Source: Hypanus sabinus
Lineage: Eukaryota
Length of the DNA: 64,000 nt
Assembly (NCBI RefSeq): GCF_030144855.1
Contig: NC_082722.1
Coordinates: 20,150,001 to 20,214,000, forward strand
Direction: 5' to 3'
Part shown: positions 63,330 through 64,000 of the stretch, in pieces
How positions within the stretch are numbered: position 1 is the stretch's first letter
Layout of the letters: every line of letters starts with the position of its first letter
Notes under the pieces: generated by a model
Told to the model about the DNA's origin: nothing
The model's input: the letters and a program-made list of their open reading frames with translations, nothing else
Database searches by the model: none
Translations under genes and position numbers: made by a program

Positions 63330-64000
63330 TGGGAACCAGCTGTGTTTTAATTCATTGAACTAGCAGCAACTGGAAATCAGATGTAGGGAATTCAGGCAGA
63401 ATTTAGAAGGTAGGAGGGAGATGGAGGATAGCCAGACGGGACAAACACAGCCGCATGATGATAATCTTGCAGTACTGAATCCACAAAACACATGGAGTCT
63501 AGAGGAGGCAGAGGCAGATGACAACGTGTAAGAGACCTGAACAGAAAACGATACTGAAACCGATTTTTTCAATATTGGAGAGAGAAGATTCCCAGAATAC
63601 CTGATTACAAAATTAAGGAAGACATTTTCTGTTGGTCCGATTATCAAACAGGTCAGCAGTGGAAGCCCGTTCGAACAACTTCTAGTGGATCCGGAGAAAA
63701 TCCCATGGAAGGCATTGAAGGATGTCGTTGAAAATTTTATCGGCCACTACAGAGCATCAAGCTTTCAGAAGATGCTTGACAACTTACTTCAAAAATACAA
63801 AACCATGAAGTGCGGCATATCTGTAAAAATTAATTTTCTGCATTCCCATTTGGACATCTCCCTTGCTGATCTTGGTGCTGTTCGTAACGAGCATGGTGAA
63901 ATGATTCAAAAGGACATTGTGGTCATTAAAATGGGATCAATACAGCTGGAATCCATCGATGCTGACGCTTTATTGTTGGACATTTATGCAGGAAGCCTCA
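63330..64000 (+). mobile_element. Second Chapaev3-like transposon copy, internally deleted, truncated by the window end
   Basis: Homologous to 6006-6750 in reverse complement (GPEKIPWKA.KDVVENF, HSHLD, NEHGE, DAYCWT). Confidence 0.75.

Overview
Eukaryotic, repeat-rich vertebrate DNA. The repeat families (CR1 LINEs, Rex1/Babar, Penelope-like elements, R4/Dong, Tc1, Chapaev-type, Gypsy) suggest a cartilaginous fish, probably a ray; this is an inference. There are two sized N gaps (23582-23745, 57147-57351). Host-gene content is sparse and split into exons, so the ORF track mostly misses it. (1) On the minus strand, an intact leader exon (927-873) and V-set Ig exon (692-384) of a non-rearranging VJ-type receptor (NKp30/XMIV/VJC1-like); the rest of the gene lies left of the window. 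(2) On the plus strand, divergent DGAT1-like exons 3-5 (42.3-46.4 kb) with an abnormal exon 3 and a GT>CT donor after exon 5, so probably a pseudogene or decaying paralogue. (3) A probable decayed second V exon at 54068-54371 (minus). (4) Several orphan exon-like segments at 15-26 kb that I cannot assign to a gene. About ten copies of the Penelope-associated terminal repeat carry degenerate minimal hammerhead ribozyme motifs. No rRNA, tRNA or CRISPR array is supported. Transposon boundaries are approximate unless termini are quoted. Reference protein motifs are quoted from memory; no search was run.
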